Positions 23,326 through 36,945 of a stretch of 64,000 nucleotides of DNA are shown one piece after another. Position 1 is the stretch's first letter; every line of letters begins with the position of its first letter. Both the position numbers and the translations under genes were made by a program. This stretch comes from Leptogorgia sarmentosa (taxonomy: Eukaryota), in the NCBI GenBank assembly GCA_964658305.1, contig OZ210885.1:24180001-24244000 (forward strand), in the 5' to 3' direction. The notes under the pieces were generated by a model. That model was not told where the DNA came from. It saw nothing but the letters and a program-made list of their open reading frames with translations, and made no database searches.

Positions 23326-24640
23326 ATGGACTTGGACACGGAAAACCCCCTAAATTTAAATTTGAACACTGGAAACCCCCTGAACTTGGATGCTGAAAAT
23401 CCCCTAAACCTGGACGCTGAAAACCCCCTAGACTACGACGAATCTCAAGACGACAAACTCATCGAAGAAATCGAAATAATGGATCAACCTGACGAACTCA
23501 CGGACAACCGACTTATAAACATATTAAACACAAACGAGAAACTTGATCAACTACAAATTGACGCCCTGTCCCTGATAAGGAGTGGAAGGACTACCAACGA
23601 TCAAACCAACGACGACATAGACAACACACAAACACCAATGGACACTGACAGCGACACCGGCCTACAAAACCTGACCCAAAAAACACCCCCTCATACCTAC
23701 AAACCTTCAATTACTAACCACATTCAACAACAGATACAAAATTTTATCCAACCGACACATCTCCTGAACTACCTCCGACAGAACCAGAAAAACAACAACC
23801 GAAAATAACAGTAACAAAAGCAAAACTACTCACACACCTACACAAAAAACGAAACCAAAACGGAAACAGACACAAAACAAAAAAACAACTATTCAGTAAA
23901 GTTCAGAAACAAAGAACAGGAGACAATGTAATCAACTTGTCAAATGTTGAGGTCTCCGATGCTACCAACAGCATATTAAACAAGGGGCTGTCCTTTGCCC
24001 CTAAACCAAGACCAACCGACTACCATACCATCTATACATCATACCTCCAATACCGACGAAATATGTACCTCCAATACCATTACCGACAGCCACAAGCAAA
24101 CTATACTAAACACCCTTTCAGACCAAAAAGTGACTTCACACCACCACTACCGGACAATACAAACCTCCTGGAATATATGTCCAGCGTTTTATTTGAACTT
24201 AAAACTCTCCGCGAACCAAACCCTAAAACCTATATACCCAACAACAACATATCAAAGGCCGAAAAACAAGCTCTTAAAGCACTATCCAACAATGAGCAAA
24301 TTATAGTGAAACCCGCTGACAAAGGGGGCGCTATAGTCCTCTGGCCCAGAGAATCCTATCTGGCAGAGGCAAACAACCAACTGAGCGACACACGTAACTA
24401 CAAACCAATCAATCTAGACCCATTTCCTCAACTGATCACTAATATAAATGACACAATCAAAACCTTTTTCACCAACAAACTCATTGACTATACAACATAC
24501 AAATTTCGAACTATTGATAAAACAATCAGGAAGCCTTCACTATACTTGCTTCCAAAAATACACAAACCTGACGTGCCAGGAAGACCTATAATCTGTGGAT
24601 GTGAAGGTCCTACCGCCAGGTTATCACAATTTGTAGACTA
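23326..24640 (+). pseudogene. Penelope-like ORF, N-terminal half
   Basis: LNKGLSFAP, NNISKAEKQALKAL, IIVKPADKGGAIV and LYLLPKIHK...PGRPII. Ends abruptly at SQFVD. The acidic NPLNLDAE-repeat leader is in a separate ORF. Confidence 0.9.
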
Positions 24641-24660
24641 AAACTATCACGACAATTAAC

Positions 24661-25680
24661 CTAATTTTTACGTAAATCCATAAGGTCATTATTGTCCTTA
24701 TCATGATGTTTTCTGCAAGTACAACGGAATGTGTGGCAGCCACTAGAACAGTTGCAGCGGATCATTTTTAAAAGTGCTTCTGGTGCAGGTGCATTGTCCA
24801 TCATCACTGGAACTAAGTTGTCAACGTCACATTGCCATCCCCACTCAGTTTGGTCCACAGATTCACCCCTGTCCATCCACTGACTGTAGCACCTCAGAGG
24901 GTGATACTTTGTCGCAGAAGATATTGGTGGGAGTCTTTCAGGTGCTACAAAGCTTTTGGCTGCACCTATTTTTTTGCAGAGGGTGGAGTATCTGATTTCT
25001 GAAAGACTTTCTCCAGGTTTTACACTGAAAAATGCAACCATCGCTTTACAACCAGCGTCTGCAATTGTATCGGTTTCCTGGTTTGGTATAGACAACACAG
25101 CAGCACAACTTTTTATGACCGACTCTTTAATCAACTTCTGTAGGGCAGACTTTTTTCCAATCCCAAAAATCCTTGACGTGGTATCACACCCAGTGAAGCA
25201 TGAAGAAATAACAGATTGCAACAGATAGTATTTCCAAGAGCCTGCTTCATGTATGTATGTCAAAAACCAATGTAGGACCCCCTTTATCTGAGCGAAGGTA
25301 GAGCTTTTTACCATTGGTGGAAGAGTGATGAAGCAATAACACAAGCAGATCCGTGTCCTCGCCTATAAGAGTTGTAGTTTTGTAGGATGACATCCATCGC
25401 TACTGCTGCTTTGACAATTTCTACATCTGCGTCCCCCTCTGCTTGTATAACTGCACAACCTCTTATTTCCTTCTTGTTTATGTAGTTCATCCGACATCTC
25501 TTGTGCAGTTCGGTTCCAGCAGTAACTAAAATGCTGTTCCCTCGTTCATTACTTGGCCGGTTTACTCCTTCAGCTCCTTTCTCACCAATCACCACTCCCT
25601 CTTCATCTCCTAACTCTTTGTCACATAGAGGACAATTTTCTTGGCTTGCTCTCATTTTTAGCTTTGAATGTAAAATATCC
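24661..25680 (-). pseudogene. Degenerate, internally deleted AcademX-type transposase remnant
   Basis: QAEGDADVEIV, FTGCDTTSRIFGIGK (XPG/FEN-like), PERLPP, WGW and IRCNCSSGCHTFRCTCRKH (Cys-rich tail). The motif order matches the 37711-43762 gene. Confidence 0.75.
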
Positions 25681-25809
25681 TTAGGAATTACTGACCACTC
25701 TACAAGATATGAAGCCAGGTACAGATGCTGATGGTAATTTCGCCAATGCGCAAAAACCCAAAAAAGGCAGTAGCGCACATAGCCTTAAGGAGATGCAACT
25801 CATAAACGC

Positions 25810-26790
25810 TCGGAAATGTGCTGCATAATATTCTGAAGAATAGCTAGGGTAATAGGCAATCGAGTATCAAGTCGCGCGCCTAAATTCTTATAACTTTTAA
25901 GCGTCGCTAACACCCAGGAAACCTTCGTAGGGTCGGGATAGCCGGCCAGACGATGGCTATAGCCTAGAGCAGATACGTATGTGAGGGCCGTAGTTTAATG
26001 CATACTGATTGTGAAACATATATGCGATGAATAAACTTAAGTCCATAGGCGTAAGTGGAAGTGAAACAACTGCCAAATGCATGACTTCATGTGAGAACCG
26101 TTCGTACAATTTCCAGGCTCGATGGTACGTTGGGACTGACGATGGCTGCAAACTCGCACGTAGAAGAGTAGAAGTTAGATCTGCCAATTTTGTGGAAGAA
26201 GGTGGGTGGGAATCACCGATGGAGAGATATGCACGCTCGCCGGCGCCAGCGCACGGAATTTGGAAACCTGCAAACGTGACAAAGCATCAGCCAAAGTATT
26301 TTTGGCACCCGGAACATGCTTAGCCCTAAATAAGAAGTTGAATTTCAAGCAACCTAGCACCAGCTGACATACAAATATCATCACAGTGGGATCCTGTGAA
26401 GTAGTCTTATTGATGATCTCCACCAATGCGGCGTTGTCTGTGTAAACTAGTATGCGGTGGTTGCGCATGAGGGGACCCCTTAAGATGACACTGAGGACAA
26501 TTGGAAAAACTCTAGAACAACTATGTTGAGTGTTTTCCATTCATCAGGCCAAGGCCCATAGCACCATAGGTTGCCAAATATAGCACCAAAGCCAAGACCC
26601 CCAGCAGCATCGGTATACAAATTCAAAACGTTGGAGGGGAGCCAATCATCGAAAAAACGACACACCGGCAGACGCAGCCGAGTTGAAATTTTGCTTGGTA
26701 CGTGAATCGAAATGACTCACCAAATCATCCCGCAAATGACGGACAAACAAATGGCCAAAAACTAAAACCTGTGGTACTGAACCATCCATA
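25810..26790 (-). pseudogene. DIRS/Ngaro remnant: SGNH-like ORF start, RNase H, tyrosine-recombinase N-terminus
   Basis: VLVFGHLFVRHL (SGNH-like); LYTDAAGGLGFGA, YTDNAALV and HVPGAKNTLADALSR (DIRS RNase H); overlapping ORF ASLQPSSVPTYHRAW...FIAY, later RLPIT (YR N-terminus). Confidence 0.8.
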
Positions 26791-27359
26791 TTTAAATATA
26801 GTACAAATATAGTGCAAATAACAGTACAATACCTAGGGAAAGAAATTCCAGGGAGTTTGCCTTTCAAAAACCAAAGGTGAATGAGAGTTAATGCTCGCCA
26901 GGTTGCATGTGAAGCGTGACATGTAAAATTACTGGAGTGTTACAAACTTCCACAGGAAAATATACTGGTCAAACGGGTTTCCCTCTGTGTGTCCTCCGCT
27001 AACCCCATTCCTCGTGCCATCCCCAATCCTAACTTATCCCTAGAACTTCCCACAGAAGCAATAAATTTATTATTTGCTGATGCAAATAACTCCTTTGTTT
27101 TTCATTGTACGTGTAAATCCAATACTACCATCTTACAGGGATTCTAATAAAGTTGCAGTGTTTTTGTGATGATGACAAGTTCCATCTTATTTTACTGTAA
27201 ATATGCATTGAGGTTGAGTGGGGCAATCTCGAAGGATGTAGATGTTGTGTTCCCATATAGGCATGTGAGAGCATTTCGTGGTAAAGCACATATCACATAG
27301 AATTTACCAACAGCACTTAGACTTCATTTTGAGTCTTTAAAGTCAATGAATTTGAAATA

Positions 27360-27824
27360 CAGTCGAACCTCTCCTTGCGAACGCCTCTCGTAAGCGGACA
27401 GTTTGCATTCTGCTTCCATTGACATAGTTTTTATCAGTTTATGACCGGCAGCTAAATATGAACATCTGTTTGGTGTTGATAACAAGAACATGTTGTATAC
27501 TCTGGACATTAAAAATCGATTGTCACCTGGTGAAAAATTCAAGTACAGTAAACTCTCGCCTTGCTGACACCTTGCTATTGGGAACACTTTGTAATGTTTA
27601 GTGACACTAAATGATGGTCCGTTTCCGCTTTAACGAGAGTTGGCTATGGCAATAGCTATGACTGGGATAATGGGAACAATACGATATTTATTTGACAATT
27701 TTTAATAGATGCAATATGGTTAAATATTAACTTGATATTAATTAACCTCTCATAAGCGGACACCTCCCGTAAGCGGACACCATGACCAGGTCCCAAAGGT
27801 GTCTGCTTACGGGAGGTTCCACTG
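27360..27824. mobile_element. pogo/Tigger-like MITE
   Basis: Ends cagtcgaacctc and gaggttccactg with TA TSD; subterminal repeats taagcggacac. Confidence 0.8.
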
Positions 27825-28391
27825 TAGTTTGAAATGTCCCCAAAAACCCATTCAACAGATACTCTGACCCTGCTCATCAAGTGATTGAACTCTTTCTGGT
27901 TGATGGTTAAGGTGAGGTGCCAACAAACAAGTGTGAGTATCTCTCATATAGGTCATCAACTACAGTGTTAGTAATCATGAACAGTTGCAACACAGGGCGA
28001 CCAAACCTCGGAATTAGATTGGCATATCTGCATGGATATTCAAACCGTTTTAGACAAACACAAAGAGCTTCAACTGAGTTGATGACCAAACCGTTAGCAC
28101 ACTGGAAAACGTCAGGTAATTTCAAGGATTTTTGCCAAGTTGTAAATGTCGTATGTTTTGAAACATATTTCAACTTCACACTCATCTCTCATATCCCAGA
28201 GGCTAAACCTTTCGTACTTCCAGTATGGAAGGCCATTGTGTAAGTTAGTGCGCTCGTTTCCTCCTAACAACAACAGTAATCCACGTTTCCGACGGTCAAC
28301 GCATGTGGCAAACACATGTGATCAAATGACAGGAATTCAGACAAACACAAGGTCGACACACTATACATTTATATAGAGAGGCAACTGTAAA

Positions 28392-30572
28392 ATGGTTAAA
28401 AGATGTGCATGGGGTACTTGCAAATCTGATTCAAGATACCCAGAACGTTTATTCATAAAGACCGAAGGTATAACAGTAAAATTTCACTGTTTCCCATCGG
28501 AAAAAAAGCACAAGGAGCGAAGGGAAGCTTGGATACGGGCATGTTGCCGTGCTGATGATTTCATTTGCAAGAAAGATAGCTACATATGTAGCTTGCATTT
28601 TGTTGGAAAAAACGGCCCGACTGAAGAAAATCCGGATCCGGCATGATTTTAGCCATGCAAATTTATGTACTTATTATTTTAAATAACATGCGCGTATTAC
28701 TAATCGGGTGAAAGTGACGTACATCATTCGATAAATACAATGCCTTTATATTATCGTTGTCATTTGTAGATAAAGAGACTAAGTAGAAAAAGAAAGACAC
28801 CAACAAATAGGCAACCAGTGAAACGCTGTCGAACAGATGATGGTGCAGCTGATTCTTCAATCATTCTTCCTATTGCTTCTCACGAAAGTCTTGCAGAGTC
28901 CGCAGCGGCGGAAGCTTTGCTAAATCTATCAAACTCTGGATTTGAGGAATCTGTATTTTTCACAAAATCAGTGGACGAAGAAGAGCATGCCAATAAGGAT
29001 GAGAACACAGCAAACACATACAAGGAAGCTGACAGTCAACTGACAGAAAAACCTTTACAGGCAACGATGACTGGTAGTACCCAGGTATCAACATTATTCA
29101 ACAATGAAAATGCTACTTTATCATTGGGTTTAATAACTGTTTGTGTCACTTGAGCTTATCACGGGTTGAATATATACTGTATGACAGTAACAGTCTAGTG
29201 ATGTGAAACTTCGTGCAGTACATTGCTTGTCCTTCTTACATAACCCACACAAAGTGCTATTTAACATATACAGTGACTGTAGTGACCCTGCTTAAATACA
29301 ATATTGGCCACTATATGAATATCAAACAAAAATTTGATAATATTATTACACTTTCTAGACAAACATTTCCCTCAATGATATAAAGAGTTTATCTGATAGC
29401 TGTTTGCAAAACAAAAAAGATATGCGAAGGAGACTGTTTTTGGAAGTGGTGGAAAAGAAATGTGTACACTACACAGGTAATATATATGTTTCTGCAAGCT
29501 GTCTAAATGCCAGAATAAAGCCATTAATTTTCTGTGTTGTAGGTCTGGATATTACTATTGTACGTGCTCTTCATAACCTTGTTAAAAGGAAAGCTGCTCG
29601 GCTTCACATGTGGAAGGGCAAAAAGAATACAAGGACATACAATACAAACAGATACTTGAAGGTAGGAATTATTAACATTTCCAAGAGAACTGGTACTTTC
29701 CAACTGAGACAGGTGGGTTTCATGTGGTAGCAAATAATGGTCAAAGTTGGAAGTATCACTGTCATTCAGTATATATATATATATATATAATTTCATTTTC
29801 AGCAAAAATATAGCCTCACAAAACTGTCAACTTGGGAACAGCTTATCCTCACTCTTGTCAGGTTGAGACGAAGGCTAACAATCACTGTTCTTGCGGATGT
29901 TTTCGGTATTGCATCTGGTACTGCAAGTCGTATCATCATCACTTGGATATTGTTTTTAGAAAAGGAACTGGCCTTTCTTTTAAAGTTCCCAACTGTTTCG
30001 GAGATGGAAGGCATAACATTTCCAAAAGCATTTAGAGGAATTGCTGATTTGCGTGCAGTTATAGACTGCACTGAGTTTTACATTGAAACTCTAAACAGAC
30101 TACCAAGCCAAAGGTCAACTTACAGTAGCTACAAATCTAGAAACACTTTTAAGCTACTGGTTTCCATTTCTCCCCTTGCCCACATAAACTTTGTGTCTAT
30201 TTTGTACAGCGGTAGTATAAGCGACAAGGAAATTGTACGACAAAGTGGCTTCTTAAAGAGCTGCAGCCAGGTGATGTTGTGATGAGTGACAAGGGATTCA
30301 ACATTCAAGATCTGCTGGCCCTCTGTGAGGCCAAACTGCTCGCTCCACCAATTATGAGGAAGGGTGCTGCATCATCGAAAGCCTCGACTGCCACAAGAAG
30401 GATAGCCAGAGTACGTATTCATGTTGAACAAATCATCCGAAAGCTAAAATGCTTCTCCATTTTACGAGGAGTAATACCACTAACGTTGAAACCATATGTC
30501 ACATCTATTGTTAAAGTGTGTTCAGCTATTGTAAACCTGCAACCTAGTATTATTGATGATGATGAACTTTGA
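28392..30572 (+). pseudogene. THAP + HTH + DDE_Tnp_4 transposase, multi-exon
   Basis: THAP MVKRCAWGTC...FP...W...ICSLHF; catalytic region IDCTEF, YSSYKSRNTFK, MSDKGF and RIHVEQII. One frameshift near 30260. Confidence 0.88.
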
Positions 30573-30599
30573 CAAAGTACAGAATGAAGAAAAACAAAT

Positions 30600-33500
30600 T
30601 TATGTCTTGTATTTAGTCATTAAAAGCAGTGTTTGCAAATATCGTCTTTGCTCTGTTCTTTCTTGTTCTGCGAGCTCAGCAGGAAACCAGTTGTGCACAA
30701 TATCACAATAATGATGTGGATTGTCTTCATACATTTCCATTTCCTGACAAAAATGTTAAGAAACATTACAACAAATGAATATTCTACTTACGTACCTTTT
30801 TCAAATTAGCTAATCTACATGTGTTCTGTAATTTATTGCATGCTAAGATGGTTATACCATATACTGTACCTCTACGAAATGCTTCAGAAAGAAATACACA
30901 TATATTCCACAGTTGTTGCTAGAGATTGGCTGCTGTGGTACCTGCAACAGCAAAAACTTTGTATCGTACAGAAACATGGATTATAACTAGTCAACACAGA
31001 CATATTTAAAATTCTCCAGTTTAGATACTGGATTAAACATCTTCAGTCAACTTTTTTACCTTTAGAACTTTATGAGTGAGCATTTGATGTCTTTCTGGTA
31101 GATGAAATTTGGTGACAAGGTGTTGAATGAACCTTAAAAATAGAATGAAACTATATATAATTTTTTAGATACAACCTTTACAGTAAATGCTCTTTACTGA
31201 GGTGCTGGTATGTATATACCTGGAAATATGACTGATTTCAGTTTCCCTCGTGCCAATATCCCATGTCAGGGAGTCCATAATCAGTATGTGCCATGGAGTT
31301 ATTGCTGCCAACAACCAATGCATGCTGTATTGAACAGAAATGATAATTGAAAGTGAAAATTAGCCCATTGTATTCCACCAAGGTGCTGTGCATGATTCAT
31401 TAAAGCAGGTTGTATAACAAAGCATATTCTTACTTTCTGTTTATAGGAATAAATAAATAATCTTCATCTAATAATTCTGGTTTCAGAAACATCTCTGCTT
31501 TCTCCCTCCTTTCAGACCTTAAAAAATCATAATCACCAACACAGTGAGTTGAGATCTACAGTTTTTAAATTATGACACATTATGATTGACAAACCTTGAA
31601 TATTTTAACATTCCTTCTTGCTCACCACACAATACTGTATAAAAGAAGGTACTCACAACTGGAAAATGGCAACATAGATCTCTAAATAAAAGGAAAAAAA
31701 ATGGAACAATGTAGGAAAAATGGAAGTGTTAATGACAAATAGTTTGGATATATTACATACCCAATTAACATTGTTACAATGTTGTCATTTAACATTTGTC
31801 GAGGCAAAAGGCCATCAATACAGGACTGGTAGATGTCTACACCATGAACTTTGATTGACAAAGTTTTGTCAGGTCTGGTATGTGCAGTAATTGGCTTCTC
31901 TTCCTCTTCATTCGTCACATACATTTCCATACTGCCTAGAAGGAAATTCATCTCATTTAAGTTCATACTTTGTTCTTATATTATAACCACGGTATTATAA
32001 CAGGAAATAAACATGTACATTCTAACATTTGCACAGCATAATACACTTTCTTACTTTACACATCAGGTAAAATTTTATCATACACAGTTTACCTTTTTCT
32101 GAGGGATTATTTATTTGACAGTGTTTGTCATTCTCACTTGCTAGGTCCATTCCATCTAATGAAAACAAAATACAAGCAACATCAGCATTTATAACCTATT
32201 TAAAGCTGTATTTGAACTTTTCAATGGGAACTAATAAAATCATCTTGCAATAAAAATAATGAAAGATTAAGTTGGGCACATTGCATGTGTACATTGATAA
32301 CTATGTCAAACATTTAATAATTTACCTTTGAGTTTCACATTGATCGATAACTTCTTTACCAGTGCAGGGAAAACATAGCTTATCCATAATTGTTGAAGTT
32401 TCTTCATGATACTCTCTACGAACATGGTATCATATGGCACATTGACAGATAGAATACCATGCTTAGTCCATACAACAAAGTCGCAGCTCCGCAATCCTGT
32501 GACGAACATCTGTAACTGGACCTGAGTATAATAGCGGCATATAGGCTTTAAAAGAAACGTATTTCCAACCTTTTTCCCACCAATTTCAGGGGTGAGAAAA
32601 GCCTTGTTCGGTGAAATATCACGATGCTTCATTGGGCATTTATACTCAACGACAACATTTGGGTAATCAGCTGCACACAAACACATTCGAATGTTGTCAA
32701 CACTAACTCCAATAAATGGCTTACTTTCAGAGAGCAGCAAACCCATGGAAATCAGTGTTAACTTGGTGTCTTTTGCACTCAACCTTCAAGTAACTCTGGC
32801 GAGCACTGATTTCATGCTTTAAACCCCATTGCCTTGGCGTTTGTGGGTTGTCAGGAAGACAAAAATTGGGAGGAGATCTCGGGTACACCATAGTTTCCAC
32901 AAGCTTTGATGGATCCCTTTCTAATCTTTTGTTAATGCTAGTTTGCATTGTTAGTGTCCTGTGAGCAATGGAACTTGTTATGAGGCCAGTCTTCTGCTTG
33001 TACCCAATTTTTGCACTTCCACTGTGCTTTTGTCATTTTTTCAACACTTTCAATGTCTTCTGAAGAATGATGCAATTTGGAAAGAAGGGCTTCGTCTGAT
33101 GTTTCTACAACCTAACAAAAATATTAATACTATATAAGCAAAATAAATTTCAACAGGATTAACCACAACATATTGATGGAGTTTTTTATACCTCATCTCC
33201 TTTGTTACACATCTTCATGAACTTCTTTTCCACAATGCCATGATTATTTGGTTCCCTTGCCTGATCTGCTGCATGCTGTTTGCCAAATTTAGCTTTTGAC
33301 ACTGCCTGTAAATTATATGACTTGACCAGTAATGGCAGGATGGTGGGTCTCTGACCACAATCTGCTAATGCCTCTGTAAACTTCACTACAACAACTCTGT
33401 TGTTGGTGGCTTCTGGTCTTCACCATGTCTTACGTCGACATCCATGTGTTCACAATATATATGTCCATTCTTTTTTCCATGTAATGGCAGTTCCTCTCTC

Positions 33501-34221
33501 TTTATGGGCAGATCCTTTACATCACATGGTTTGCTATCTGTTGTGGGTTTCTTCACCCATACACATGGCATACTAGTAACACTATCTTTGTCACATGTAT
33601 TCAATAGATTTTCTAAGGAATACATGGCTGCCGCAATGTGTTTACACCCACCATCACAGCCGCCTATACAATGACATCTTGCCGCTATAACACTCCCCCT
33701 GTTGGCCCCTTTCCCTTCGAGTATGAACCAAAGGTCATAGTACGGTTTACTTTCGTCAGTCTTAACTTTCATAGCAGGCTTCACTTTGCCGACGTACAAA
33801 TGAATTCCCACGTCTAATATCGTTTGAGTCAAAAGAGATTCAACATAACCATCTTGAAACAAACGATACTCATCAAAAGCCTTGTATGCAGCCAGACACT
33901 GTTTGTCATAGTCAGCAAAATGATAGATTAAATAATTGAAAATATCATATATATCATATAATCCGAATGGAGGGGAATCGCCAAAGTTATTTTCCAAATT
34001 GTAGCATGAACCAAACTGATCAGGTATTTCCATATCATGAATTATTTATTTCTGATTATCATGAGAGCCTTTTTCCTTCTCAAAGTTGGGATCGATTGGC
34101 AGCATCATCTTCTCCACAGCAATCGCAATGTTAAAAAAAGCAGGTTTAAATAGCCATTTACGCTAAGTCCACGCTCGTGAAGGTATGTTTTTAGCTCAAG
34201 CATGGTCATTTTGCTGAACAT
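30600..34221 (-). pseudogene. SAP-like + SWIM + YqaJ (lambda-exonuclease-like) + Ulp1/C48-like protease gene, multi-exon
   Basis: ELKTYLHERGL; CHCIGGCDGGCKH; GLKHE...SVDN...EYKCP...YYTQVQLQM...CDFVVW. Short GT-AG exons then give MLNDNIV, HWLLAAI...IMDSL (31220-31324) and VPQQPISSNNCGIYV (30870-30941). Several frameshifts or stops lie in the 5' half. Confidence 0.82.
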
Positions 34222-35467
34222 TTTCGACCCATAGGCATTAGGTAAGATGATTATAAAGTAAAATGCCTTAAAAGTAATTTTTAAACTACATTTTTGAGAC
34301 ACAAAAGACCTTTAAAACATAATTTGCAGTTGCCTCTCTATATAAATGTATAGTGTGTCGACCTTGTGTTTGTCCGAATTCCTGTCATTTGATCACGTGT
34401 GTTTGCCACGTGCGTTGACCGTCGGAAACGTGGATTCTTCATCATCAATCATATTTGCATCATACATCATAAAAAGTCGTTCATCCAGGGGCGGATCTAG
34501 GATTTTTATATGTTGTCAAAATTCAACGACGTAATCGATGACATAACATGATGACGTCATATGAATTTCCCTAGGAATATAGAACTACGAATTTTATTAA
34601 AGGTAAAATGCATAGAAGGTATGCATTTTGCAATTAACAATGTTCAGCACATAATAGACTGTTGTTTCACCCTATATCAGGGCTCATCAGCATGCCTAGG
34701 AAACACATTTACCAATTGTAAACTGTGATCCGACATGGACAGCCCAATAAGTGGGCCGACACAGGAGCAATCTGGTTTTGAGGCACCATCAACTTGCAGT
34801 GGGTGACAATATGGGACATTTCATGGATGTGAATTTGCTCAGTTTTCACATAATTCCAAGTCAATTCTAACCCTTTACCCCCTCCCTGGGTTGGCAACTG
34901 TCTTAAATTGATTTTTCCAATCTATTCCCTTTCTTGGTAATGACAGCATCTTTATTGGAACAATGCAAAGACCCTTGTAGACATTCACACTGTCAAGATA
35001 AAATCTGGCTTCTAAAGAAGATTTAAGATGGTCAATTATGGGAATAGTAATAATAAACTTATAGTAGTCGGAGATGGAATCAGATGGCACATTAGCCCTG
35101 GTAGTTTGTCTTCCCACCATCCTTGGCTTCCACTCCTCAATATCAACTTGCTGAGCCAACTCCACAGCTTCTTCATACCATGTTTCGTGGAAGGAGTCAA
35201 CCGAATTCCTCAACTTTGTGACATCATTTTTCAAAGTCTCAATTAAATAAATGCCGTCCATTACATCTATAGTTTTACCCTGCAATGGCTGTGTCACTGG
35301 CAAAGTCAAGAATGTTTCTAGTAAGAACTAATGCAACAACAAAATAAAATCTTGAAACAAGTGTTAATAAAGATGAGACATCAGAAGAAAGGGAAGGTTT
35401 AAGGCTTGCCTTCTATGTTTGTAGCCATATCATCAAGGCTATGGTATAAAGGCACAAAAAACTCTAG

Positions 35468-35808
35468 AGGGCTGTTTATATGATCCCACTTACCCGGGAT
35501 TCAATGAAGCGTAAAATGATTTTGAGGTATTGAAATGAGTCATAATTTATGATTTGAAGAAATGCTAAACTGCTGGTTGCTCAAGATTTTGTTCTGCTGA
35601 AATATCAAACAGACAAAAAATGTTGTTGGGGATCGATTTTTGTAAAATATATTTTTTTGCTGGTCTGTACTAGAAGTGTCCTGACATTAAATTTTGTTGT
35701 TTCGTTTCATAAACACGACTCGTTTCATAAACACGACTCATTTCAATACCTCAAGATCATTTGACACTTGATTGAATCCCGGTTAAGAGGGATCATATAA
35801 ACAGGCCC
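35468..35808. mobile_element. Harbinger-type MITE
   Basis: TIRs (a/g)gg(g/c)ctgtttatatgatccc extending ~70 bp, with 3-bp TAG TSD. Removal restores DVFLEFFVPLY in the host. Confidence 0.85.
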
Positions 35809-36242
35809 TAGGAAAACGTCAAGACCCTCGACATGTTCCAGCGATCTAGTTCTGCACACATCTGCCAATCTGGTCTTCTTTGAGCTTGATTCAAAATCTT
35901 TAACGTGTTGCTCAAATGGAATGTTGCGAGTCTGAGAAATTTTAATAAAATTAGAAGCATCTTTAACATGTTTAAGCATATTATTTACTTCAAGAATGTT
36001 CAGAGAGTCACAAATGGTCAAATTTAGGTCTGACTGTAGCAATGAGTATAAGGAGCCTTAGGATTACTCCTCAGTATTTGTGCTGACAAACTATTGATGT
36101 GTCCAGCAATGGCACCAGCTCTGTCATAGCCTTGCCCTCTACAATCATCAATGGACAAATTTAAAGCAGTCAACGATTCTAAAATTAATTTTGCAAGTTG
36201 CTCACCACTCAAACCCCAATTGCAATGAAGAAATGAAATAAA

Positions 36243-36945
36243 TATTCTTATTTTTTTCCGGTCCGTAACCTAAATAGAGCTTTCTGATTGGTTGCCGAGC
36301 GGTCCGTACCTACTGTACGGACCGCTCGCATTCTTGTAGATACGAATATAGTCAGTGTTTTTGTTTTTTAAATTGATTGGCCGCTTTTTAAAACATTCAA
36401 ACCGAATTTAGGCGATAAAGAACACATGAAAGTTCATTTTATTTTGCTAAGGGATATTTTAGGAGGTATTTACAGTGACAAAAACTCATAAGTATCAACA
36501 AAGTTTCATCAGTATAAACAAAACAAAACATTCTCGGCGAAATATTTCGGTGTCTAAAGCGTATTTTAACCATGTTTGTATCGTGAAACGAATGAGAAAA
36601 TAAATAATTTTAATAAGTTTACCTTTTTCGTAGTAATGTTGAGTGGAAAAGTGTCAATATTGAAGCAAATGCGTCAATATTGAAGGGTTTTTTCTCACTT
36701 TGTCTTGGCTGTTTAGCAGCCATACTTGCGATAGAGTAGCAAAGTAAACAAACACAACTGATCTCAAATCTAGTTTGCAACACTGGAATTTCTTATGAGT
36801 TTTATTATAGCTTCGAGCATAAAAAAGAAGTTATTTATCATTTAGGTCGGTCCGTACTGGAAAATATTTTGGCCGAGGGACGTTTTTGAGACCGAGACAA
36901 AATATTTTCCAGTACGGACCTCCCAGCTGGTAAATAACATATATA
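36243..36945. mobile_element. Non-autonomous hairpin element (Crypton-associated type by resemblance)
   Basis: Short palindrome gagcggtccgtac...gtacggaccgctc after ctgattgg. Terminal hairpin ggtccgtactggaaaatatttt...aaaatattttccagtacggacc ends ggtaaataacata. Boundaries are approximate. Confidence 0.6.

Larger units (their letters stand above)
18406..24640. mobile_element. Penelope-like retroelement with an inverted 5' segment
   Basis: 649-bp inverted repeats (18406-19054 and 22308-22956) each hold a hammerhead. The RT C-terminal half is on the minus strand (22309-21653). The N-terminal half is on the plus strand (23326-24640). Confidence 0.88.
28281..34433. mobile_element. ISL2EU-type DNA transposon (PIF/Harbinger-related), full-length but frameshifted
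   Basis: ~111-bp TIRs (28281-28391, 34323-34433) and a 2-bp AT TSD that restores the host frame. Carries a convergent THAP-DDE gene and SWIM-YqaJ gene. Confidence 0.9.
27190..34470 (-). pseudogene. PIF/Harbinger-type transposase remnant, split by two insertions
   Basis: MIDDEE|LLLLLG...LPYWKYERF, EALCVCLKRFEYPCRY, and MSRVRVSVEWVFGDISNY|FKFIDFK. Reading frames are restored when 28281-34433 and 27360-27824 are removed. Confidence 0.8.
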
